A DNA stretch of 64,000 nucleotides, taken from the NCBI GenBank assembly GCA_963668315.1, contig OY764216.1:3872001-3936000 (forward strand). The letters run 5' to 3'. The notes below the pieces were generated by a model that worked only from the letters and a program-made list of their open reading frames with translations, was not told the DNA's origin and searched no databases. This DNA is from Spirochaetia bacterium (GTDB lineage Bacteria > Spirochaetota > Spirochaetia > DSM-2461). This document shows, piece by piece, positions 54,937 through 64,000 of the stretch; within the stretch, counting starts at the first letter, position 1; each line of letters starts with the position of its first letter. The translations under genes and the position numbers were made by a program.

Positions 54937-54946
54937 AGGTGGTTAA

Positions 54947-55621
54947 ATGAAACTTTTACTGGTAGCCAGCGACGACAAAATAAAGGATTATCTTATCGGA
55001 TATTGCGATATTCACGGCGGCAGCGTCATCCATTATAAAACGCCCCTGAAGTCAATGGACAATTTTGATGAAATCGAACCGGATCTGGTGCTTTTCAGCG
55101 GGGTGGACTTTCCCCGTCACTGGAAGCTTGCCGCCCAGTCCCTCCGGGAAAAATGGAACCGCAAAAGGGTCCTCTTCGTCCTTCTCACAGAAAAGGACTT
55201 CCCTTCGGAAGAAGCGGATAAGGCCGCCTACCTCGGAGTAAACGCCCTCATAGCGTCGGAAGAACTGGTTCGGGGAAATTATAAACGCCTGGAATCTCTG
55301 GTCAGCCGCTACCGCCTCTCCCCCGAAAGAAGCGACGGCCCCGTATTCCATACCCTCAAAGTTCCCCGTCCTCTCATTTTCATGAATCCCTCGAACCTTC
55401 AGTTCATAGCGGGGAAGGTGGAAAGGGAGCTGATGAACCGGCTGCTGTTCTACCCTGCCGAACCGGCCGCCGTGGGAGCCCTTGAACCGGGAACGCTTCT
55501 TCGCAACTGCTCCATGGAGAGGGAGGACGGTATAGAGACCTTCGATGCGGAAATCAAAAAAACGGGAGAGTGCCTGGAACTGGAAATTCTCCAGGCAAAA
55601 GAGATGAAAGGTATTGCCTGA
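54947..55621 (+). CDS. Hypothetical protein with receiver-like N-terminal fold
   Basis: MKLLLVASDD..EIEPDLVLFS pattern; GAGGT SD. Confidence 0.65.
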   Translation: MKLLLVASDDKIKDYLIGYCDIHGGSVIHYKTPLKSMDNFDEIEPDLVLFSGVDFPRHWKLAAQSLREKWNRKRVLFVLLTEKDFPSEEADKAAYLGVNALIASEELVRGNYKRLESLVSRYRLSPERSDGPVFHTLKVPRPLIFMNPSNLQFIAGKVERELMNRLLFYPAEPAAVGALEPGTLLRNCSMEREDGIETFDAEIKKTGECLELEILQAKEMKGIA

Positions 55622-55650
55622 TCGGTCGGTTTATATTATCATATCATTAT

Positions 55651-55716
55651 ATGTTAATGTTTACTAAGCCGATCATGCTCCTCCCCGGGAGACTGATTCC
55701 GGTTTCAGGAGGATAA
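55651..55716 (+). promoter_or_regulatory. Putative Met-rich uORF and SD-sequestering hairpin in the metK leader
   Basis: [33 protein letters not shown] and CCGGGA/TTCCGG stems; TTGCCT-17 bp-TATCAT promoter upstream. Confidence 0.5.
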
Positions 55717-55717
55717 A

Positions 55718-56878
55718 ATGTCAGAAAGACTGAATTACACCTTTACCAGCGAGAGCGTGGGCGAAGGTCATCCCGATAAGGTTTGCGACCTGATCTCAGA
55801 CGCCATTCTCGATGCCGCTCTTACCCAGGATAAAAATACCCGTTCGGGCTGCGAATGCTTCGCCTCGACCGGAATGATCCTGGTAGGCGGCGAAATCACC
55901 ACGAAATCCTACGTGGATATCATAAAAGTTGCCCGGGATACCCTGGAAGAGATAGGATATAACGATCCCATGTACGGTATCGACTGTTACTCCTGTTCCG
56001 TCATGTCCGTGATCAATCCCCAGTCCCCCGACATATCCCAGGGCGTTACCGAGGGACTCGGCCTCCACAAGGAACAGGGAGCCGGGGACCAGGGAATGAT
56101 GTTCGGCTACGCCTGCAAGGAAACCCCCGAGCTGATGCCCGCCCCCATCCAGTACTCCCATAAAATCATGAGGAAGGCCGCGGAAGTAAGAAAAGGCAAA
56201 GTTCTGGATTTCCTCCGCCCCGACGGGAAGTGCCAGGTAACCGTGGATTACCGTGACGGCAAACCTTCCCATATCTCGACTGTCGTTCTCTCCCATCAGC
56301 ATGACGACGGCGTTCCCTACGACCGGATCAGGGAGGGTATGATCGAGGAGATTATCAAAAAGGCCCTGCCCGCCGAACTCCTCTCCTCCGATACGATTTA
56401 CCACATCAATCCCACGGGTCGTTTCGTCGTGGGCGGCCCCCAGGGCGATGCGGGTCTTACGGGAAGAAAAATTATCGTGGATACCTACGGCGGTGCCGCA
56501 GCCCACGGCGGCGGCGCATTCTCCGGTAAGGATCCCTCCAAAGTGGACCGTTCCGCCGCCTATATGGCACGCTACATTGCCAAGAACATTGTCGCCGCCG
56601 ATCTGGCCGATAAGTGTGAAGTGGAACTGGCCTATGCCATCGGTGTCGCCGAACCGGTTTCTGTCTATGTAAATACCTACGGCACGGGCAAAACCGACGG
56701 CGCCGCCCTTGAGAAAGCCGTAAGGGAAGTGTTCAGCCTTACCCCCAAGGGAATCATAACCACCCTCGACCTTCTCAGGCCTATCTATAAGGAAACGGCC
56801 GCCTACGGACACTTCGGCAGGGAACAGTTCCCCTGGGAGAAAACTGATAAAGCGGAGGCTTTGAAAAAAGTCCTCTAA
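55718..56878 (+). CDS. metK: S-adenosylmethionine synthetase
   Basis: [28 protein letters not shown]. Confidence 0.98.
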   Translation: MSERLNYTFTSESVGEGHPDKVCDLISDAILDAALTQDKNTRSGCECFASTGMILVGGEITTKSYVDIIKVARDTLEEIGYNDPMYGIDCYSCSVMSVINPQSPDISQGVTEGLGLHKEQGAGDQGMMFGYACKETPELMPAPIQYSHKIMRKAAEVRKGKVLDFLRPDGKCQVTVDYRDGKPSHISTVVLSHQHDDGVPYDRIREGMIEEIIKKALPAELLSSDTIYHINPTGRFVVGGPQGDAGLTGRKIIVDTYGGAAAHGGGAFSGKDPSKVDRSAAYMARYIAKNIVAADLADKCEVELAYAIGVAEPVSVYVNTYGTGKTDGAALEKAVREVFSLTPKGIITTLDLLRPIYKETAAYGHFGREQFPWEKTDKAEALKKVL

Positions 56879-56895
56879 AGAGCTATAATAGCTGA

Positions 56896-58905
56896 ATGGA
56901 TGAAACGAAAAGATCACTCATTCTTCTGGTAGATGACAGCACGGAAAATCTTGACTTTCTGAACGGGGCCCTGCAGTATGACTATGACGTCATCATAGCC
57001 CGTGACGGGGGTCAGGCTCTCCGTGTCGTCAGCCGCAGAATACCCGATCTTATCTTACTTGACATTGTGATGCCCCAGATGGACGGCTATGAAGTCTGTT
57101 CGGAACTGAAAAGCCGTCCCGAAACCATGAATATACCGGTTATTTTCCTTACGGGCCTGGCCAATCAACTCGATAAGAGCCGCGGATTCAACCTGGGCGC
57201 GGCCGATTATATCACCAAACCTTTCAATATCGTTGAAGTGAAAGCCCGGGTGAAAAATCAGCTTCTGATAAATAAGGCCCGCCATCTTCTGGAACAGCAG
57301 AACAAGCAGCTGGAATCGGAAGTGACCAAGCGCACCCTCCTTCTCGATGAAGCCCGGGTAAACCTGGAAGCCACGGAGGATAAGTTCCGGACTCTCTTCC
57401 GAAGAAGCGTCAACGCCATAGCCTTCTGCAATCCCCTTTTTGACGAGAAGGGGAAACTTGTGGATTTCATTTACCAGGACGTCAATTCCAATTTTGAGAT
57501 CATAGCTTCCCGCAGCAGATCCTCACTCGTGGGGAAGAGGGAATCGGAAGTTTTCGATTATGTTGATCCCCTCTGGCTTGAAACTCTTCGGGAAGCGGTT
57601 ACGGAAAATGTGGACAGCCTTTTCGAGCTTTATCACAGCGGCATGGACAAATACATCTTCGGCTCCTCCTTCAACATCACCCACGACGGCCATACCTTCG
57701 CCATCGTGCTTAACGACATCACCGAACGTACCAGATACCAGAACCAGCTGATGCAGGCGAAAGATCAGGCAGAAGAGAGCGACAGGCTCAAATCGGCATT
57801 CCTGACCAATATTTCCCACGAAATACGCACCCCCCTGAACGGGATCATCGGCTTTTCCCAGCTTATGAAGCAGGAGAATATCACCTACGCCACAAAGGAG
57901 CACTATATCAAAATCATCGAGAAGTGCTCCCGTAATCTGATTTCGGTAATAGACGAAATTATCGAGTTCTCCCATATCGAGAGCAGCAGCAACACCCTGG
58001 ACTATACCCGGATCAACCTGAACCGTTTCATGGAAAACCGGCTGGCCGCCATTACCGAGGAGCGTGACAGAACCGGGAAGGGAGATGTGGAGATTCTTTC
58101 ACAGTTTGCCTATGAAGACGGCAAGGATATTTTCGTGACCGACAGGGACAGGCTCAAGCGCATTATCGACAGCATACTCTCCAACGCCCTCAAATATACC
58201 GACCGGGGTTTTATCAAGGCCGGCTACCGCATCAACAAAAAGAAAAACACCCTGACAATCTATATCAGGGATACGGGACGGGGCATCAGCCCCCAGAAAA
58301 AGCAGATTATCTTTAAAAGCTTCCGTCAGGTGGAGGAAGGCTACTCCCGTGAATACGGCGGAATCGGCCTGGGGCTGGCCATAAGCAAGAAGGTGACCGG
58401 GCAGCTGGGGGGCGACATAACCGTGAACTCCCGCCTGGGGAAGGGTTCCACCTTTTCTGTTGTCCTTCCCTACCGCACGGGCCTGGAGGATGAGGAGAAG
58501 AGACCCTATACCCGGCTGACCGAGAACAGCGATATCCTCAGAAACAGGCTGGGCCTCATCGTGGACAAAAACAAATTCTCCAGCGAGACCCTGGGCAGAC
58601 TGCTCAAGCTCAAGGAGATGAACTGGATGATCGCCTCCGACCTGGAGGATACCCGGACGATCTGCCGGAACAATCCCGAGATAGACGTGGTCCTCATAAA
58701 CAGGGAGAATATAGAGGGGGATATCTCCGAAGTCCCCTCCATCATCCGCTCCTTCCACAAGAATATCACCTGTCTTCTTCTGGGAAAACCGCTGCTCCTT
58801 TCAGAAAAAGAGCAGTATCTTTCCTGGGGATTTAATGATATTATCACCCGTCCCATTGAACCGGAACAGCTTTACCGTTCCCTTATTGAAAACCTTAAGG
58901 ACTAG
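56896..58905 (+). CDS. Cytoplasmic hybrid sensor kinase (REC-PAS-HisKA-HATPase-degenerate REC)
   Basis: LVDD..DLILLDIVMP..KPF; SHEIRTPLN; NALKYT, DTGRGI, GIGLGL. Confidence 0.92.
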   Translation: MDETKRSLILLVDDSTENLDFLNGALQYDYDVIIARDGGQALRVVSRRIPDLILLDIVMPQMDGYEVCSELKSRPETMNIPVIFLTGLANQLDKSRGFNLGAADYITKPFNIVEVKARVKNQLLINKARHLLEQQNKQLESEVTKRTLLLDEARVNLEATEDKFRTLFRRSVNAIAFCNPLFDEKGKLVDFIYQDVNSNFEIIASRSRSSLVGKRESEVFDYVDPLWLETLREAVTENVDSLFELYHSGMDKYIFGSSFNITHDGHTFAIVLNDITERTRYQNQLMQAKDQAEESDRLKSAFLTNISHEIRTPLNGIIGFSQLMKQENITYATKEHYIKIIEKCSRNLISVIDEIIEFSHIESSSNTLDYTRINLNRFMENRLAAITEERDRTGKGDVEILSQFAYEDGKDIFVTDRDRLKRIIDSILSNALKYTDRGFIKAGYRINKKKNTLTIYIRDTGRGISPQKKQIIFKSFRQVEEGYSREYGGIGLGLAISKKVTGQLGGDITVNSRLGKGSTFSVVLPYRTGLEDEEKRPYTRLTENSDILRNRLGLIVDKNKFSSETLGRLLKLKEMNWMIASDLEDTRTICRNNPEIDVVLINRENIEGDISEVPSIIRSFHKNITCLLLGKPLLLSEKEQYLSWGFNDIITRPIEPEQLYRSLIENLKD

Positions 58906-58908
58906 AAC

Positions 58909-59844
58909 ATGCCGCAGAGTGAAGAAAGAAACAGCCGCATACAGCGCGCCTCCTGGGTAGGAATCGTAGGAAACGGCCTCCTCAGCTTACTGAAAATAAG
59001 TGTGGGACTGTTTTCCCGCTCCCTCGCTCTCGTGGGCGACGGCATTGACTCTTTCTCCGACATCGTAACGTCGGTGATCTCCCTCTTTGCGGCGAAGATC
59101 ATGGACGAGCCGCCGGACCGGAAGCACCCCTGGGGTCACGGCAGGGCGGAGACCATAGCGACCCGTCTAATTGGCTTTGCCATGCTCACCGCCGGGTTCC
59201 AGCTGTTGCTGACCACTTTACGCCAGCTGGCCTCGAAAGAAGCGGCCCAGATACCCGGTAAAACGGCCCTGGTTGCCGCCCTCATTTCCATCGTTTTGAA
59301 AACTTTCCTGGCCCTTTACAAAGGCCGTCTGGGAAAGAAACTGGAAAGCACCCTTCTTATCGCCGACGCCCAGAACATGCGGAACGATGTGTTTCTCTCC
59401 CTGGGAGTTCTCTTCGGCATAACCCTGTGCTACATTACGGGAAATCCCCTCTTCGACAAGCTAATCGCCCTGGCCCTTTCCCTGTATATCATGGGATCGG
59501 CCCTCAAGATTTTCTGGGAATCCGGTTCGGAACTGATGGACGGCATGGAAGACCCGGAGACCTATAAAATACTCTTCGAGGCTGTAAAATCCGTTAAGGG
59601 TGCGTCCAATCCCCACCGCTGCCGTATCCGCAAAATCAACACCCTGTACGATATAGATCTCGATATTGAGGTTAGAGGGGATATTACCGTCATTGAGTCC
59701 CACCACATCGCCCATGAGGTTGAGGAAAATATCCGCCGACAGCTTCCCCGGATTTTTGATATTATGGTCCATGTAGAACCGGCAGGAACAAGCCGTGAGA
59801 ATGAGCAGTTCGGTCTGTCGCCCCAGGGACTTGAAGAAAATTAG
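58909..59844 (+). CDS. Cation diffusion facilitator (FieF-like)
   Basis: SLALVGDGIDSFSD, PPDRKHPWGHGRAE, ADAQNMRND, VHVEP. Confidence 0.92.
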   Translation: MPQSEERNSRIQRASWVGIVGNGLLSLLKISVGLFSRSLALVGDGIDSFSDIVTSVISLFAAKIMDEPPDRKHPWGHGRAETIATRLIGFAMLTAGFQLLLTTLRQLASKEAAQIPGKTALVAALISIVLKTFLALYKGRLGKKLESTLLIADAQNMRNDVFLSLGVLFGITLCYITGNPLFDKLIALALSLYIMGSALKIFWESGSELMDGMEDPETYKILFEAVKSVKGASNPHRCRIRKINTLYDIDLDIEVRGDITVIESHHIAHEVEENIRRQLPRIFDIMVHVEPAGTSRENEQFGLSPQGLEEN

Positions 59845-59919
59845 GATATTGGGGTTTACACTTCTCCGATAATCTGTTATCTTCTTGTCTGCTATATAGT
59901 ATTAGATTGAGGTATTGTT

Positions 59920-60147
59920 ATGTCCAGAAAATGTGATATTTGTGGAAAAGGGACAATTGCAGGAAACAGCGTTCCCCGTAAGGGTCTCCCTAAGAAGAAG
60001 GGCGGTGCCGGTCAGCATATAGGGGTTAAAAGCAAGAGAGTGTTCAAGCCCAATCTTGTTAAAATCAAAGCTATCGTCGATGGCAGCCCTAAGTCTATGA
60101 AGATTTGTACCCGTTGCCTTAAGTCTAACAAGGTTCAGAAAGCCTAG
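59920..60147 (+). CDS. rpmB: 50S ribosomal protein L28 (zinc-binding form)
   Basis: MSRKCDICGK..GN..KRVFKPNL..ICTRCLKS. Confidence 0.96.
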   Translation: MSRKCDICGKGTIAGNSVPRKGLPKKKGGAGQHIGVKSKRVFKPNLVKIKAIVDGSPKSMKICTRCLKSNKVQKA

Positions 60148-60148
60148 T

Positions 60149-60904
60149 TTAGATGACAAAGGAGAGCCCGTCATAGGCGGGCTTGATATGACCGGGAAGT
60201 TCGCTTTCCAGCGTATCGTGATCCACATCGTGACAGATGTGCGTTAACCAGGCCCTTTCAGGGCCTGTTTTTTTTATAACGTCGCAGGCTTCGTTTATGG
60301 TGAAATGGGTTTCGTGTGGTTCATAGCGCAGTCCCCCCAGAATCATGGCGCGGCACCCTTCCATTAGGGCGAGGCTCTCCCCGGGAATGCGGCTGCAGTC
60401 TGTTATATAGATAAAATCTCCGAAACGGTAACCGAAGATGGGAATAATGCCGTGAAATACAGGAATAGGTGTGACTTTCACTCCGAGGAGGCGGAAGGGC
60501 TCCCTGACGGGAACGGTTTTCAGCTTCGGTTTACCCCCGCCCCTCTGACGTGTTTCGCCGAAGATATAGGGGAAGCGGCTCTCGATCTCATCAAGAACGT
60601 CGGCCGGGCCGTAGAGGGGAAGATCCCTCTCCAGGGAAAAAGCCCTCAGATCGTCAATGCCGTGAAGATGATCGGCATGGGCATGGGTATAGAGAACGGC
60701 ATCGACGGAACCGGTTCCCTCGCGGAGAAGCTGATAGCGGAGATCGGGAGACGTATCCACGAGAAGTCTGCCCTGAGCGGTTTCGACAAGGAGGGAAGAG
60801 CGCGTTCTTTTGTTCTTCCGGTCCTTCGAACGGCAGACGGGACAGGTACAGCCTAGAGCCGGAACACCGGAGGATGTACCTGAGCCAAGTACGGTAATTT
60901 TCAT
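60149..60904 (-). CDS. MBL-fold metallo-hydrolase (PhnP-like)
   Basis: LGSGTSSGVP..CTCPVC, THAHADHLHG, YITD, THICH. Confidence 0.92.
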   Translation of the reverse strand: MKITVLGSGTSSGVPALGCTCPVCRSKDRKNKRTRSSLLVETAQGRLLVDTSPDLRYQLLREGTGSVDAVLYTHAHADHLHGIDDLRAFSLERDLPLYGPADVLDEIESRFPYIFGETRQRGGGKPKLKTVPVREPFRLLGVKVTPIPVFHGIIPIFGYRFGDFIYITDCSRIPGESLALMEGCRAMILGGLRYEPHETHFTINEACDVIKKTGPERAWLTHICHDVDHDTLESELPGHIKPAYDGLSFVI

Positions 60905-60959
60905 GAATTGATAGTACAACAGCTTGTAACTGAGTGTAAAGGAGCGTTAAGATAGAGCA

Positions 60960-63176
60960 ATGAAAAAGACGGAATTGCTGGCCCCTGCGGGCAACCTGGC
61001 CTGCGCTTTGGCAGCCTACGATAACGGAGCGGATGCGGTTTATGCCGGTCTGGGCCGATTCAATGCCCGGGAAATGGGCGAAAATTTTGATTTTGACGAT
61101 ATGTCCCGCCTTTCGGCCCGGGCGAAACAGCTGGGCAGGAAATTTTATATAACCCTGAATACCCTCATTAAAGAGAGTGAAATGGAACAGGTGACGGAAA
61201 GCGCCGCCTCCCTGGTCGAACTGGAGCCGGATGCCTTTATCATTCAGGATACCGGTGTGGGCCGCATGCTCAGGACCTGCTTTCCCGGCGTCACCATCCA
61301 CGGGTCAACCCAGATGGGGATCCATAACCTGCCGGGAGTGGAACTGGCCGAGGAAATGGGTATCAGCCGGGTGATTCTGGAACGTCAGGTCACTCTGGAA
61401 GAGCTTGAGAAAATCGTCAAGGGAAGCCCCCTGGAAATTGAGGTATTCATTCACGGAGCCCTCTGCTGCTCCCTCTCGGGAAGCTGTCTCTTTTCCAGCA
61501 CCATGGGTGGCTGGAGCGGCAACAGGGGACGGTGCAAGCAGCCCTGCCGACGGCGTTACCACGGTTCTGTCGACGGCAAGAAGACCAGCGGCTTTTTCTT
61601 TTCCACCCAGGATTTATACTCCCTCGACTTGATTCCCCGCTACCGGGACATGGGAATTGCCTCTCTGAAGATAGAAGGGCGCCTCAAAAAGCCCGATTAT
61701 GTGAAGAAAACCGTACAGGCCTACCGTATGATGCTTGATTCCTCGGAAGCGGACCAGGGAGAGAACCTCAAAAAGGCCAAGGCCATACTGGCCGGTTCCT
61801 ACGGCCGTAAATGGTCCCACGGCTTCAGTACCGAAGAGGACCTCAAGACGGTGATTTCCCACAAAAGCATGGGGGTTTCCGGCCTTCTCGTGGGCGAGGT
61901 AAACCGGGTGGACAAGGATTCCGTAAAAGTCCGCTTTTCCCGGACAGTCCGCCTCGGAGACAGACTGCGCATACAGAACCGCTCCGGCGATGAGGGGCCT
62001 GCCTTTACGGTTACAAAGATGTTCATCGGCGGAAAATATGCCAAACAGAGCGAAAAGGGGCGGGAAGTATCCCTCCCCTGGGACAGAGAGGAAGACGCCA
62101 CCTGCGGCATCGTTTACCGTATCGGCGAAAGCACCACTTATAACCGGGGGGAAAAACTCCCCCTCTTTCAGGCCCGCCGGAAAGCGGACGTGAAGATAAC
62201 CCTCTCCTCCCATGAGATTTCCCTCTCCTCATCGAGGTTGAAAAAGGACCGCCGTTTCGTCAGGGAACTGAATCTGGAAGAAGCGGAAAACCGCCCTCTC
62301 ACCGAAGAGGCACTGGCGGAGGCCTTCCGTGCCACCCGTTCAGATGAGTGGCAGGCCGGCCGCATCGATGTGGATCTGAAGGGAAAACTCTTTTTCCCCG
62401 CGGGTCAGCTTAAACAGATCAGACGGGATTTCTGGGAATGGATAGTGCCCCTTCTTGAAGAGGAGTCCGTTCCGGAAGATACGCGCTATTGGGAAAAGAT
62501 ACTGCGCGACAAGGCTCCCTCTCCTTACAAGGGGAACTCAGGGGAGGACCGGATTTACAGCCTGACAGGTTCACTTCCCCGCAATACGGTGGAAGTGAAA
62601 GGGATCTTTGACACGTACAGCAAAAAGAATGAACTGATTCTTCCCGATTTCTGCTCACAGCAGGATCTTCCCCGTCTGATAAAAGCCGTAGAGCGGGCCG
62701 TGGAAAAGGGAGTGAAAAAATTCCGCATAACCTCCCTCTACCAGCTGCGTCTTCTGGAAAAATACAAGGGCCTCGAGTTAACCGGCTCCTATCCCCTCCC
62801 CACCACCAACAGCTGGGCTGCCGTTGAATTAAGCCGCTTCGGCCTTAACCGCGTACAGGGATGGATAGAACTGGAGGAGAAATCCCTCAAGCAGTTTGTG
62901 AAAAGTTCTCCCCTTCCCGTGGAGATTTACCGCTCCGGCCGTCCCGCCCTGCTCTCCACAAGGGCGACCATACCGGCCCTGGGAGAGATTAATGACTCCC
63001 GGGGGAAAAGTTTCCGGGTTGAACAGGAGGGCGGTCTCTTCCGTGTCTACGGCTCCCAGGTAACGGCCTTCCCCGGACAGGCCGGTTGTTCGAGCTATTT
63101 TGACAATAGCCATACATCGGCAAAGGACATGGACAGAGAGACGGATAACCTTAACTGGGACAGGGATCTATTGTAA
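60960..63176 (+). CDS. Long U32-family protein (RlhA-like RNA hydroxylation protein)
   Basis: ELLAPAG, GADAVY, HGSTQ, HGALCCSLSGSC, NRGRCKQPCR, LKIEGR. Confidence 0.88.
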   Translation: MKKTELLAPAGNLACALAAYDNGADAVYAGLGRFNAREMGENFDFDDMSRLSARAKQLGRKFYITLNTLIKESEMEQVTESAASLVELEPDAFIIQDTGVGRMLRTCFPGVTIHGSTQMGIHNLPGVELAEEMGISRVILERQVTLEELEKIVKGSPLEIEVFIHGALCCSLSGSCLFSSTMGGWSGNRGRCKQPCRRRYHGSVDGKKTSGFFFSTQDLYSLDLIPRYRDMGIASLKIEGRLKKPDYVKKTVQAYRMMLDSSEADQGENLKKAKAILAGSYGRKWSHGFSTEEDLKTVISHKSMGVSGLLVGEVNRVDKDSVKVRFSRTVRLGDRLRIQNRSGDEGPAFTVTKMFIGGKYAKQSEKGREVSLPWDREEDATCGIVYRIGESTTYNRGEKLPLFQARRKADVKITLSSHEISLSSSRLKKDRRFVRELNLEEAENRPLTEEALAEAFRATRSDEWQAGRIDVDLKGKLFFPAGQLKQIRRDFWEWIVPLLEEESVPEDTRYWEKILRDKAPSPYKGNSGEDRIYSLTGSLPRNTVEVKGIFDTYSKKNELILPDFCSQQDLPRLIKAVERAVEKGVKKFRITSLYQLRLLEKYKGLELTGSYPLPTTNSWAAVELSRFGLNRVQGWIELEEKSLKQFVKSSPLPVEIYRSGRPALLSTRATIPALGEINDSRGKSFRVEQEGGLFRVYGSQVTAFPGQAGCSSYFDNSHTSAKDMDRETDNLNWDRDLL

Positions 63177-63180
63177 TTTT

Positions 63181-63528
63181 TTATTCCAGATGGAATGCTC
63201 TATCCAGAAAGCGATAGAGCATATCCGTCAAATCCTGAAGATGCCGTACGGGCATGATATTTATTCCCAAGGCCGATTTGAGGTAGTAAAGAAGAAGGAA
63301 GAGGACAATAAGAAAAGGAAAAAGCAGAAATAAGGCCGATATGGTATTATTGACCTTCCGGATTTTATAACGCCGTTCCGCTTCAATTTTCTGTGTTTCC
63401 TGCCTTGTATCGCGGCCAATGAGAATAACAAAGTAATAACGGCGGAAAAAAAGGGGAATTGTGCCGCGGACATCAATCCTATGGGCTCTTTTCTCCTTGA
63501 TCCGATGAGTGCGTCTCTCCCTTTCCAT
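63181..63528 (-). CDS. Hypothetical membrane protein
   Basis: IDVR.TIP.F.RRYY.V...GRD.R, one TM segment, YYLKSALGINI. Confidence 0.6.
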   Translation of the reverse strand: MERERRTHRIKEKRAHRIDVRGTIPLFFRRYYFVILIGRDTRQETQKIEAERRYKIRKVNNTISALFLLFPFLIVLFLLLYYLKSALGINIMPVRHLQDLTDMLYRFLDRAFHLE

Positions 63529-63653
63529 TTTTTCATATTATCCTAATTCTACGTGATATGGCAAGTTAGAAGTGAAAAAAAAGCGATCTTTTACCTCGTC
63601 TGACAAAAAAAAGACCGTAGACGTCTGAAAAGAACCGGGGTATAATCTTAACT

Positions 63654-64000
63654 GTGAATCAACAGGATTTTATTGAGATTGAAAGAAAGTTTCTTGTAAC
63701 AGCCCCTCCTGCCGATTATCTTTCCCATAAATCGGTAAAAATTTCCCAGACCTACCTGAGTACTCCCGGGAACCCGCCTGTCCTGAGGGTGAGAAAATAC
63801 GGGTCCCGCCACCTGCTGACCATTAAAAAGCGGGACAGGGAAAACCCTATGGTCTGCGGAGAAGTGGAGATTCCCATCGAGCAAAGCCACTACCAGGCCT
63901 TAAAAGCCATGGGCCAGGGGCACGAACTTGCCAAAACCCGTTATCTTATCCCCTTTGAGGACCTCACGATAGAACTGGATGTTTTCGAATCCGATTTAAC
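63654..64000 (+). CDS. CYTH-domain protein (partial, runs off the window)
   Basis: GTG start, MNQQDFIEIERKFLV..QTYL..LRVRK..LTIK..EVEIPI..KTRY..IELDVF; absent from the ORF track. Confidence 0.88.
   Translation, partial: MNQQDFIEIERKFLVTAPPADYLSHKSVKISQTYLSTPGNPPVLRVRKYGSRHLLTIKKRDRENPMVCGEVEIPIEQSHYQALKAMGQGHELAKTRYLIPFEDLTIELDVFESDL

Overview
Gene-dense window from a bacterium that is probably a free-living spirochaete. This is inferred from the orphan FliG, the L28 with a KGLPKKKGG insertion, the two-domain NDK and the tmRNA tag style. GC-rich core regions (1-24.6 kb and about 40-64 kb) carry housekeeping and metabolic genes: PfkB kinase, rlpA, ndk, fliG, gltBD, GH2 beta-galactosidase with AraC, pyrG, hisS, the AmmeMemoRadiSam trio, a TetR-GH1-GPH sugar operon, an acyl-CoA dehydratase activase, mfd, metK, sensor kinases, rpmB and a U32 protein. 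Directly after the tmRNA gene lies a visibly AT-richer accessory region of about 15 kb with no integrase. It holds GNATs, HIT, VOC, NUDIX, HD, HD-GYP, MerR/CMD and DsrE genes, an IS481-like element splitting a DJ-1/PfpI gene, and several pseudogenes. The strongest hidden signals are cis-regulatory: (1) a leaderless Lys-rich leader peptide with antiterminator/terminator geometry before a class II lysS; (2) a pyrG promoter with CCC at +6..+8 and the AUG at +9, suggesting CTP-sensing start-site selection that toggles a leaderless mRNA; (3) a Met-rich uORF overlapping an SD-sequestering hairpin before metK; (4) a start-site-dependent anti-SD helix before ndk. All were read by eye. No database search or folding calculation was run, so novelty is unverified.
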